Source: Malacoraja senta (lineage: Eukaryota). From it: DNA of 64,000 nucleotides. The position numbers and the translations under genes are program-made. The notes under the pieces were generated by a model, which was not told the origin of the DNA, made no database searches, and saw only the letters and a program-made list of their open reading frames with translations. The stretch spans positions 166,222,001-166,286,000 of the forward strand of contig CM075978.1 of assembly GCA_038087875.1 (NCBI GenBank). Reading direction: 5' to 3'. Of the stretch, positions 25,106-36,001 are shown in pieces (the first letter of the stretch is position 1; each line of letters begins with the position of its first letter).

Positions 25106-25932
25106 TGCCCCTGTCCCACTTAGGAAACCTGAACGGAAACCTCTGGTGACCTTGCGCCCCACCCAAGGTTTCCATGAGTCGCCAGGGGTTTTGGTCGCCT
25201 GGAAAGCCTCGACCGAAGCGTGAGCTGCATCTACTGACCAAAGATCCTACAGGATCTTTGCTACCGACCGCACACATGCACACACACACACACAAACACA
25301 TCGCGAAGGTGGGGGCCAGGGACAGCGGAGGAGCGCGATGAAGAGGAAGGTAAACGGCTGCCACAGAGCACGGTAAGTCCTTTAGAGAGTGCGGGAGGGA
25401 GGGAGAGATGGGAAAGAAGGTGAGAGAAGGACAGAGAGAAGGGGAAGAGAAGGAGAGAGAAGGGGGGAGAAGGGGAGAGAAGGGGAGAGAGAAGGGGAGA
25501 GAAGGGGGAGAAGGGGAGAGAAGGGTGGGAGAAGTGGAGACAGTTTTAAGAAGTTTAATAAAGTTAGCGGGCATTTTACCTTCTGGCGGATCTTCTAGGT
25601 CGTGAAAACCAAAGATCCTACAGGATCTTTGCTGAAAACTCCAATGAGCCAATCAAAATGGCCGGTCAGTGAAGGAGATTGCCTTCGACTGCCTCTAAGT
25701 AAATAGCAACCCCACTCCACTGGCTTCGACCAAACGACAACCTATTTTTAGTCGAGGCCGGTTTTGGTTTTGTTGAAATAACCGCAGGAACATAGAAGAA
25801 GCGTCGACTACGCGGAAACCACTTTTGACCATTAGGGAGAGTGACCAAAACCTCCGGGAACCTCACGGAAACCTCCGGGAACCTCACGGAAACCTTGGGT
25901 GGGGCGCAAGGTCTCCAGAGGCTTCCGTTCCA
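25106..25932. mobile_element. Nested Harbinger MITE (right tip deleted)
   Basis: TAA then 'tgcccctgtcccacttaggaaacctgaacggaaacctctgg..ccttgcgccccacccaaggtttcc'; inverted copy at 25888-25930. Confidence 0.8.
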
Positions 25933-26742
25933 GAGTAGTCCCCGCGTACTCGAGGCCTCAGCTAGGTCACGCCATTTTTTTCAACATGCTGAAAAATGCC
26001 AGCCAGTAAAAAAAGGTGGCTATGGAAAAAAATCGATGTTTTTTTACTGGTAGGTTTAGTCGAGGTAGGTCATAGTAGGTCGTAATGCTATCGTAGGTAC
26101 TCGAAGGCAATCAAAGATAATCGAAGGTAGCCGAAGGTAAAGCTCGTTGAGAAAAAAATGGTAAGTAAACCGACCGGTAATGTTAAATGCCCGTTAAACA
26201 TTATTAAAAGTTGTCTGGCTTCTTAAAAGTGTCTCCACTCCTTCTCCCCCCCTTCTCCCCCCCTTCTCCCCCCTTCTCCCCCTTTCTCTCCACTTATCTC
26301 CCCTTCTCTCCCCTTCTCTCACCCTCTCTCCCCTTCTGTCCCCCCCCCTCTCCTCGCTCTCTAAAGGACTTACCGTAACTGTGCCACCCGTCTTTTACCT
26401 TCCTGTTCATCGCGGGTGTGAATTTCAGACAGCACTCCCCCGCTTTCCCTGGCCTTCACCTTTGCGATGTGTTTGTGTGTGTGTGTGTGTGTGTGCAGAT
26501 GTTCGATCCGGCTCGCGTTTTCATCGCTGACAGTCGATCCAGCTCGAGGTTTTTCAGGCGAGTGCCCTCGAGCTTGAAGGTTGAAGACAGTCGCTGAAAA
26601 GTCACGTTAGTGGGACAGGCACTTAAGGCTGTTTTTCTTTCCACAGATGCTCCCTGACATGCTGAGTGATGCCCTCATTTTCTGTTTTGACTTTATACTG
26701 GAGGCAGTAAATGGCTAAGATAAAGAGGAGCTAGTTAAGTTA

Positions 26743-27001
26743 GGGTGGCACATTGATGCAGCGGTAGAGTTACAGCACCAGAGACCTGGGTTTGATCCTG
26801 ACTACGGGTGCTGTCTGTACGGAGTTTGTGCATTCGGTAACCGCTTGGGTTTTCTCATAGTGCTCCCTTTTTCTCCCACATTCCAAAGAGGTTCCTAAAT
26901 TGACCCTCATGCCTAGGATAGAACTAGTGAATGGGCCAGACTAGTCAGCGCAGACTCGGTGGGCCGAAGGGCCTGTTCACTCGCTGTATCTCTAAACTAA
27001 A
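26743..27001 (+). mobile_element. HE1-type SINE
   Basis: Head, V-domain and 'tgtatctctaaactaa' tail. Confidence 0.85.
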
Positions 27002-27289
27002 CAATACTAAAGGACTTTCATGAGTGGACTTCCAGAGAGAGTTGGAACATACAGTGGGAGACCCCACTGATGTATTGCTGCAGCAGAGGCAGCACTGTCA
27101 TTGCAACCGCAAGGCTCTTGGACCAGAGACAGGTCCAGCTAGCGGATGAAGGTATAACCTCCAAGACCCATCCAGTCTGAAATCCTCGTCCTCTATGTGG
27201 AAGCTTGCCCATTCTGGTCCTACAGTGCAGGATAGATTGTAGGCTTTCAACTGAAACCTCTTAGCCCCAACCAGAATCATTTGAAAAAA

Positions 27290-27595
27290 GAAGACACAAA
27301 GTGCTGGAGTAACTCAACGGGTCAGGCAGCATCTCTGGAGAGCATGTTCCCACCAGGGCACCTCCCTGCCTGAAGTCATTTGTTGCCAGCCTCGATAGGT
27401 CCTGGTCTTTCCTCACCTCCAGCTCTTCACCCTCCCCCCTCCGTCCCCACCCCCTACTTTCATTCTGAAGAACTGTCCCGACCCAAAAAGTCACCTGTCC
27501 TTTTCCTCCAGAAATGCTGCCCTACCCACTGAGCTACTCCAGCACTTTGTGGGGGGGGGGTTGTAAACCGACATCTGCAGTTCCTTGTATCCACG
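27290..27595. repeat. Penelope-derived inverted repeat
   Basis: 'agacacaaagtgctggagtaactc..' and 'ctgaagaa..gagctactccagcactttgtg..atctgcagttcc'. Confidence 0.7.
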
Positions 27596-28554
27596 GAATT
27601 ATTTGAAAATTTGGTTCTTACTTTCAGTTCCAAAACGCAAAGCTCTTTAATATCTATTATTATTAATTTGCAGTCACACTAGCCTTATAAAAATATCAAG
27701 TTTAGACATAGCATTGTTGCTTGAGACGAACAAAGCTGATCCAAGGGACAAAAAGCTGTAAGGAAATTTATCAAAGTGACTTGAATTGTCTGAACTCTTC
27801 ACTTTTTATTGTATCTCTCCCTCAGGAGATATACTTCAGAAGCCTGTGGCTGATTTTGCTTTAATGCTTTAATACTCTTTGTTTGGAAACATGAGTATAG
27901 AACCAATGGCAATTCATTCTGTTATACAGTGCTTCAGTATATAAATGGGCATTTTCAGCCCTGTAATCAGGTTCCACTTACTCCTGAAGAGGTAACATCA
28001 AGTCAGAAACACAGGCAATAATGCCACTTCATGCCATGATTTTGTTTTGCTCAGAAATTATGAACCTTTGTGAGCTCAAATCACTATTTTTATCCTTTGC
28101 TTGATCCACTGTTTACAAATAACTGCTGGCATATTTTAGTGAAGAGTTTGGACATTTATTTTTCAAAGCATTGAATTCTTTATCTGTGTACAAGCAGGGG
28201 ATAATTCTCAGTTGAGTTATGTTTAACTGTTTATTTGGAAAGAGGCAATTATGTTACCTGTACTGAAAGCTTTCGGAAAGGTTTTGTGAGTGTGTGGAAG
28301 ATGTGAAAACAATGGATGCCCTGTATTGTGGTTTTACTTCAATTAAGCACCATATACTTACATCCAGTGCTTTTTTGTGACAGTACGAAAAAGTTGAAAA
28401 TGAGGATTTTACATTTTTAGAATTTCTAATCTTATAAAAAGATCACAAAACTTCAATTTAAAAAAAAAATTAATTAAATCAGGCAATCAGTCCTATGATT
28501 AGTTTAAGCAGTTTATAAACTAATAATCCACCATAGACACGAACAGCAAGGAAC

Positions 28555-28825
28555 CGGCTTGCTCCTGGGCCTGGCCAAAAAGGCCATTTACAAGTCCAGT
28601 CAGAGGGCAGTCATGGGTTCTAATCGAGTCGACGGCCTGCTCCTCTTCCTGGCCTAGTCCGTGCCTGTGTGTCCCTGTAGTGGGAACATGTGGTATCCAC
28701 AGGGACTCTGGAGGCCTTCTGTGAATGGTGGTCGCCGGGGGGGGGGGGGGGGGGTCGAGTACATCGTGGGTAAGAATGATAATGTTGCAATCTGATGATT
28801 GATTGATTGATGATTGATTGATTGA
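28555..28825 (+). mobile_element. Tx1-clade L1 ORF2 C-terminal fragment with (GATT)n tail
   Basis: Conceptual translation LLLGLAKKAIYKSSQRAV..VRACVSL*WEHVVSTGTLEAFCEWW resembles Tx1 C-termini. Confidence 0.7.
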
Positions 28826-29629
28826 GGTTTGCAAACTGCCGGGCTGTTTTAAGTTCCAGCACTTAGTAACTGTGATTATTGGAATAAAATCTCCTTGTTA
28901 AGGAAAAGTAACAGCAAGGAACTATATGCATAGTGGCACTTTTTTGTCTGCAGAAAAGCACTGCTTACATTTACAGTATCTCTGTTTCAGGGAGAAATTA
29001 AGCAGAAATCAGACAAGCTTTGTCATTCATATCTGGATTATGAGAACGTTGCCAGAGAAACACAGGATGGGATCCACTGGGAACATCCCCATCTACTTTT
29101 TTAATAAATCATGCACAGATAATGGTAGTTGGAATTACCTTGCCTAATTACATTTCATAACCTGGTGTATTTGTACAGATTCATAGAGGAAGAAGGAAAT
29201 ATGTGTCCCGTCAGCTCTGATCCCATGAACATGTTCGCTTGATTCATACCAAATTTCTTTGTGTGTGTTCTTTTACTGCAAACATTAGGTTTAGGTTTAG
29301 GTTTAGATGTGTTATTGTCACATGCACTGAGCTACAGTGAAAAGATTTTGTTTTGCATGCTATCTAAGGAAATCAGGTAATACTGTGCATGAAATCAATC
29401 AAGCCAAACTCAAGTACGACAGGGAAAATAAAAAGACGAATAACAGAGTGCAGAATGGGCTCTCAGCATTGTAGCATAACAGTTCCAATGTATGCAACGA
29501 GGTAGGTTGGAAAATCGGGACTGTACCCAGGTTATAGACGGGACTACTGCTCATGTGTTAAAATGCAGAAAAGGTTAATACCAAGTTCACATGATACCTG
29601 CACTGACCAGAGGATTCGTCCTGAGAGAA

Positions 29630-30185
29630 ATAGGAGCTACCAGAGGAGATAGTTGAGGAAGGTAAATTAACAACATTTAAAAGGCATTTGGACAGGTACA
29701 TGTTACTGGAATCTTGGAAAGGTTTAGAGGGATAAGGATCAAACACAGGCAGATGGGACTAGCGTTGAATGGAGCATCTTGGTCGGCATGGACAACTTTG
29801 GCCGAAGGGCCTGTTTCTGTGCTCTAAGACTCTATGAGATTGGCTGATGGTACTAAACTAGATGCGATTGTGAGTATGGAGGAAGTTGAGGTCTTTAGAG
29901 GACTAAGGACAAGCTGATTGATTGAGCAAGGTGAATATAATGTGGAAAATATGAGGTTACCGACTTTAGAAAAAGAGTACTTTTTACATCTTGAGAAATT
30001 GGGGAGTTTTGATACTCAAACTAATATACATGTGCTGGTACACGAGTCACCAAAAATGAGTAACTGGGAGGAGGAATGTATTATGAGGATCTGAATATGG
30101 GTGTAAAGAAGTCTTATTGTGATTGTATTAGACCTTAGTACGGTTCTACATTGATAATTGTGTGCAGTTTTGGTTTTCGTAATCA
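29630..30185 (+). mobile_element. CR1 fragments
   Basis: 'gagctaccagaggagatagttgagg..gaagggcctgtttctgtg' followed by a degraded RT-region sequence. Confidence 0.7.
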
Positions 30186-30789
30186 AGAACTGATGCACTT
30201 GCAATGGAATGCAGTCAACCCACTACAAGTGTGTCTACCCATCAATGGTTTAAACCAGCATCTCCAGTTCCTTCATACACACAATGTCGTACAATTTTTG
30301 TGTACAGCAAAATGTAAGGCTTTATTTTGCTAGATTTGAAATGTGAACATCACTGGCGTCCTTTGTAGGATACATGAGATCTTATTTACTGTGTATGTGG
30401 ACAGTCTGATCAAATTACACATACCTTCCACAAGCCTGCAGTGTATTTTGTTCAATGTTAAGATTTTGGTCAATGTACTAAATTTATGCTCCTCAAATAA
30501 ATGTTTTTTAGGCCATTCCAAAAATTCAGATCAATGTCTTAGTTGAGACTAATGCTTTATTTCCTTCCTTAGCTCACAGAGCCAGTATTTTGTGCTCTGG
30601 ACCTATTCCCAATGTTTGCATAATTCTCTAATTCCTTTCAGGCATGTTCTCCAAGTGCATCTTATAAATTAGGGGAACCCTATCTTTTTAATTTCTTGGA
30701 ACCCATAAATAACCCCTGAATTGTTTATCCTCCAATTCTGACCCTGTAGTCTTTCTTCAATATGTGGAAATTACTGTTGTCCTTAGTAA

Positions 30790-31100
30790 TTGGAATAGAT
30801 GCGGTAAATGCACAGAGTCAGAGTTGTGGAATCAAGAACCAGAGGGCATAGGCTTAAAGTGAGGGGCGAATGAATGGCAACTTTTTTACACTAGGGGTGG
30901 TGGGTGTATGGAACGAGCTGCCAGAGGAGGTAGATGAGGCAGGTACTATAACAACATTTAAAATACATTTGGATAGGTACATGGATAGGATAGGTTTAGA
31001 AGTGTATGGGTCAAATGCAGGCAGGTGGGACGAGCGTAGATGGGGCATATTGGTCTACATGGCTAATTCGTCAAAGGGTCTGTTTCCACGCTGCATGACT
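30790..31100 (+). mobile_element. CR1/HER1 3' fragment
   Basis: ORF 'GNFFTLGVVGVWNELPEEVDEAGTITTFKIHLDRYMD'. Confidence 0.9.
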
Positions 31101-31341
31101 GACCCTAGTATAGTTCAAGCAAAACAAACAGTAAAGATGGCGATTCTGGCCCCTAGTTAAATTAAACCTAGTTGTAGCATGGGTGGAGAAGCACTGGGAT
31201 GAGAAAATTATAAAATAAAAATCGGGGCGATAGGTGAACTCTCCGTATGATTATTCAGACCAAGGTTCTGGGAAATGTCTCAGGTAAAGGATGAAATAAC
31301 CTTCTAAATGTTTGCCACAAGCTTATATCTGACATCCATTA

Positions 31342-31638
31342 TAGGCATAAGCTCAGGGCCTCTGCGGTTGCAGCTCCTAGACTGTGGAACAGCATCCCTC
31401 TTCCCATCAGAACTGCCCCCTCCATCAACTCAAAAGAGACTTAAAATTCATCTTTACTCTCAAGCCTTTCTTGACTTCCTCTGAGGGAGGGCTATATGTA
31501 TGTATTTATGTATTTATGTATGTACTTAATCTATGAACCACTGTTGTATAACGTTAGCACCTCCACCAATGTAAAGCACTTTGGTCAACGAGAGTTGTTT
31601 TTTAAATGTGCTATAGAAATAAAAGTGAAGTGACCTGA
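31342..31638 (+). mobile_element. L2 3' end, same family as 15142-17967
   Basis: 'gcggttgcagctcctagactgtggaacagcatccctcttcccatcagaactgccccc' is the reverse complement of 17310-17370. Confidence 0.85.
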
Positions 31639-32929
31639 TGCCAAATGAAGGAGATTCCTAGTAGTGGACAAAATGAAAATAAGAAAAGGGTCATATGGAA
31701 TTAAACCGATGAATATTTGTAACAATCCCTGCCATTCGAAAGCAGTTTGGCTGTTACAGCAGCATGTTGACTTGCCATATAAATGCACATATTTTTCAAT
31801 TAATGCTAAATTGATTAGTAAGGGGGTCAGAGGTTACGGGGTGGAGGCAGGAGAATGGGGTTGAGAGAGAAAGATAGATCAGCCATGATTGAATGGCAGA
31901 GTAGACTTGATGGGCTGAATGGACCAATTCTGCTCCTAGAACTTATGAATATGAAATATAGATAGGATGTAGTAGTGCTCTAGTAGGCAGTGAGAATCCT
32001 AGTGTTTTCATTTTATACCACTATGAGATGAAACACAGCCTATATTTACAACAAAAAATAAACCTCTCTTTACCATCGTGATAAGTCATTATAGTTGATT
32101 TTCCATTTTAAAATGATAAAGACTTTTTAAGATAAGTTACTGCAAAGAATCCAGACTCACATTATTTCTCTCTGAAACATGACTGAGTGCTTCTGTGAAA
32201 AATCATACATATTCAGAAATCTCTTCACAGTCCATAAATTTCAAAATTGAATGTCTGCCGTACAAATGAACCTTTCGCATTAGAATTAAATAGAGGTTTA
32301 TTTAAGACATAGGACGATCCTGTGAGATATCTCCTATGAAATCTTACTTCTGTTTTATTGTAATATCTGGAACAGGCCTTGATTTGACACTTGACACAAA
32401 GCAATCAAACGTAGGCTGCCAGTGATGTGAATCTTTGCACTCTTCATGTGGAACACATTCCAATTTGCCCAGAACTTGATAGGAACAAGAAAATGGCAGA
32501 ATCTCACTTACTGGGTAATCAGATTTTCTTATATGTTGCTCTGCCTGACTCATGGTGGTTCCGGGGAGGTGGGAGTGAATGTTTTAAGTGTATTTCCACT
32601 GCTGCCACAAATTGGTTTCACAATTTTCCACTGCAAATGGCAGCAGCAGGATACATGAAAATTTTATTTCAATTCTGAGATGATATCAAACATTAGATTT
32701 CCAGACAATTGTATCTGTAGTTCAGCCAAAGCTTAACCAAAATATATATTAGGAGGGTGTACACTTTCAAAGTGTCAATTGACAGTTAAAACACATGAGA
32801 AATAACATGGTGTAGTGCTCTGACTTCCATGTTGTGCAACACTTGGAACACACTTTAAATGTTGTTATTCTGTAAATAATCCTGCATCCTCTCTGCTTTA
32901 TGTCCCGGGATTTCCATCTGTTGCCTTCC

Positions 32930-33630
32930 AAACTTGGATTGTTTTCTCTGGAATACCAGAGGTTGTGGGGAGACCTGATAGAAGGATATACAATTATGAG
33001 AGGCATAGATAATGTAGACACTCAGAATGTTCTTTCCAAGGGTGAAAGTGACAAAGACTGAAGGTGAAGGGAAAAAGATATAATAGGAATCTGAGGGGTA
33101 ACTTTTTCACACAAAGGGTGGTGGGTGCATTGAACAAACTGCCAGAGGAGGTGGTTGAGGCTGGGACTATCCCATCGTTTAAGAAACAGTTAGATAGATA
33201 CATAGATAGGACAGGTTTGGAGGGATATGGACCAAGCACAGGCAAGTGGGACTAGTGTAGCTGGGACATTGTTGGCCGGTGTGGGCAAGTTGGGCTGAAG
33301 GGCCTGTTTCCACACTGTACCACTCTATAAATCTCTGACTAGAGGGCATGGCTTTAAGGTGAGAGGGGGGAAGTTTAAAGGAGATATGTATGGCAAGTTC
33401 TTTTACCCTGAGGGAGTGGGTGCCTGGATTGGGCTACCATTGGTGATGTTGGAAGCAGATATGATAGTGGCATTTACAAGCCTTTCAGATAGGCAGGTGG
33501 ATCTGCAGGGAATGGAGGGATATAGATTATGTGCAGGCATATAAGAGCTTGTCTTGGCATTATGTTCGGCACAGGCATTGTGGGCCAAATGACCTGTTCC
33601 CATGCTGTACTGTTCTATATGCTATGTTTT
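32930..33630 (+). mobile_element. Two adjacent CR1 3' fragments
   Basis: ORF 'RGNFFTQRVVGALNKLPEEVVEAGTIPSFKKQLDRY', then a second fragment 33340-33630. Confidence 0.85.
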
Positions 33631-33645
33631 ATATTCAGAACAGAG

Positions 33646-33800
33646 ACGCAGTGATGCAGCAGTAGAGTTGCTGCCCTACAACGCCAGAGACCAGAGTTCG
33701 ATCATGACCACGGGTGCTGCCGGTACAAAGTTTGTGCGTTCTTCCTGGGACTGCGTTGGTCTTTTCCAGTTGCTCCAGTTTCCTCCCACATCCCAAAGAC
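33646..33800 (+). mobile_element. HE1-type SINE 5' half
   Basis: 'gcagtagagttgctgccctacaacgccagagaccagagttcgatc'. Confidence 0.8.
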
Positions 33801-34109
33801 AGACATGTGCAGGGAATGGAGGAATATGGATCATGTACAGGCAGATGAGTTTAGTTTATCTTGCATCATATTCGGCATGGACATTGTCGGCCATAGGGCC
33901 TGTTCTATGTTCAAATGCGCTATGAAAATTCAATTTGCATTAGGAAAACTCTGTTACTTTAAAGAAGGAAAGAGTTAGAAGAGACAGTATGATCAAGCAA
34001 TACAAGAGACTTCTGATCTTTCTCAAGATCTATGAACAAACGCACCAATGCAATCCCAGCTCTTCCTGAGCAGGAAATGGTGTCTAGAGAAGCAATGATT
34101 CAACACATG

Positions 34110-34400
34110 AGCAGCACAGTGGTGCCACTGTAGAGTTGCTGCCTTACAACGCCCGAGACCCAGGTTCGATCCTGATATTGGGTGCTATTTGTACGGAGAT
34201 TGTATGTTCTCCCTGTAACCATGTGGGTTTTCTCTGGGTTTTCCGGTTTCCACCCACATTCCAAGGGCATGCTGATTTGTAGGTTAATTGGCTTCTGTAA
34301 ATTGTCCCCAGTGTGTAGGATAGAACTAGTGTATGGGTGATTGTTGGTCAGCGTGGACTCGGTGGGCTGAAGAGCCTGTTTCGACACTGATTCTCTAAAC
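34110..34400 (+). mobile_element. HE1-type SINE
   Basis: Head, B-box 'ggttcgatcc', V-domain, tail. Confidence 0.9.
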
Positions 34401-34629
34401 AACCGTGGCATTTGGTATATGATTGCTTCTGGATGCAATGCCACCGTCACACCTGCAGTACAGCCACACACAAGTATCTTTCTCATGATTATTTCATGCT
34501 TCTTATGGAGACAGTTCAAATTTTAACATAATTTCATAGATAAGGGAGAACATTTTTCCAAAGCAACTCCAAGTCCACATGAATAACAATACTGCCAAAT
34601 AGACACAATGGAGATTGTAGGTTACAGAT

Positions 34630-34889
34630 AGCACAGCGACGCAGCGACACAGTGCCTTACAATGCCGGAGAGCCAGGTTCGACCCTGACTACAGGTGCTG
34701 TCTGTACGGAATTTGCACGTTCTCCCTGTGACTGCGTGGATTTTCTCCGGGTACTCCAGTTTCCTCCCACATTCCAAAGACGTGCAGGTTTGTAGTTTAA
34801 TTGGCTTCTGTAAATTGTTCTTAATATGTAGGTAGTGTACGGGTTGGTCAGAGTGGACCCTGTGGGCCAAAGGGCCTGTTTCCATACTG
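34630..34889 (+). mobile_element. HE1-type SINE
   Basis: B-box 'ggttcgaccc', V-domain, 'gggcctgtttcc'. Confidence 0.85.
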
Positions 34890-35000
34890 CCTACATATGT
34901 TAAAAAAAATTGGGTGGAAAGGCAAAAAGACTATATTTTTACCAGTACATCTTTGCAATACACAGGCAGAACAACTGTGGGGGTAATGGGAGAATAATGA

Positions 35001-35606
35001 GGCATATTCTGGCACATTTTAATGTAAAGAAGCATTGTTCAGACACACTAGTTACCTTCTACTCTTCGGCGTCACTCATTTGATGAGCACCATGGAACTG
35101 TACTTAGGTCCACAGTCCTAATGGACTTATCATCACAAGATAATTATCCTTTTCAAAGGCTTGAAGCAAATGGAAGGACCATCCTATATCAAGCAGCTAC
35201 AATTGTAAGGATTGAGGTGGATTATCGTGGACTGATAAATGCTGCAATAAAATGAATCACAAGCAGAGTGCATCTGAATTTTCCCAAATAGTATTCTCAG
35301 TGGGAAAAGCTGGTCAATGAGTGAAGTCAGGCGGAAATTGATGCTTTTGTGTCGGAAGAGCGTTTAGTTCTGAAATTTAATGAAAAGAATGGGGAATGAT
35401 AAATATCAGTTCCTGCCAAGAGACAAAATGAGGATTATAAAAATATCACAAAATAAATATTTATTTGAAGAAAACTAAGTTTTCAGCATTAGGACTGTGG
35501 ACCTAAGTACAGTGGAGCTCCATGGTGCTCATCAAATGAGTGACTCCAAAGAGTAACTAGTGTGTCTGAACAACGCTTCTTTACATAAAATGTGCCAGAA
35601 TATGCC
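35001..35606. repeat. Inverted repeat: ~120-bp arms with a ~360-bp spacer
   Basis: 35001-35123 is an approximate reverse complement of 35487-35606. Confidence 0.9.
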
Positions 35607-36001
35607 AGCAAATGTGTTTATTAATGCCAATTCAGGGAATTCTGTATATCTTAATATTTTCTTCAATTGATCCAGCTCAAAGGGCAGCAGAAACAACATC
35701 TGTCTCCACTGGTGGTCAAACATCTGGAAAAATAATTTCAGGTAAATACAAGAGCAGTATTTTCCAGTACAACTGCTCACCACATTATTTAACAGGGATA
35801 ACAATAACAGAGAGGTTACAGGATCATACAGTGTGGAAACATGCCCTTTGGCCCCACTTGCCAACACTGAACAACATATCCTATCTACACTAGTCCTGCC
35901 TGGCTGCATTTGGCCCTTATCCTTCTAAACCTATCCTATCCATGTACCTGTCTAAATGTTCCTTAAAATTCTGTGGCAAAAAGAAAGAGCAAGGGTGTCA
36001 T

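Larger units (their letters stand above)
22344..26623. mobile_element. PIF/Harbinger non-autonomous element with ~310-bp TIRs, containing nested MITEs and an L1
   Basis: TAA TSD (22341-22343 and 26624-26626); termini agggcctgtcccactaacg / cgttagtgggacaggcact; 22344-22655 is inverted relative to about 26300-26623. Confidence 0.9.

Noticed and set aside
25389-25605. G/E/R-rich ORFs
   Set aside because: Translation of a (GGGGAGAGAA)n low-complexity tract within MITE arms.
28990-29104. Acceptor-like site plus short frame GEIKQKSDKLCHSYLDYENVARETQDGIHWEHPHLLF
   Set aside because: No recognisable homology and no partner exons; such signals are expected by chance.
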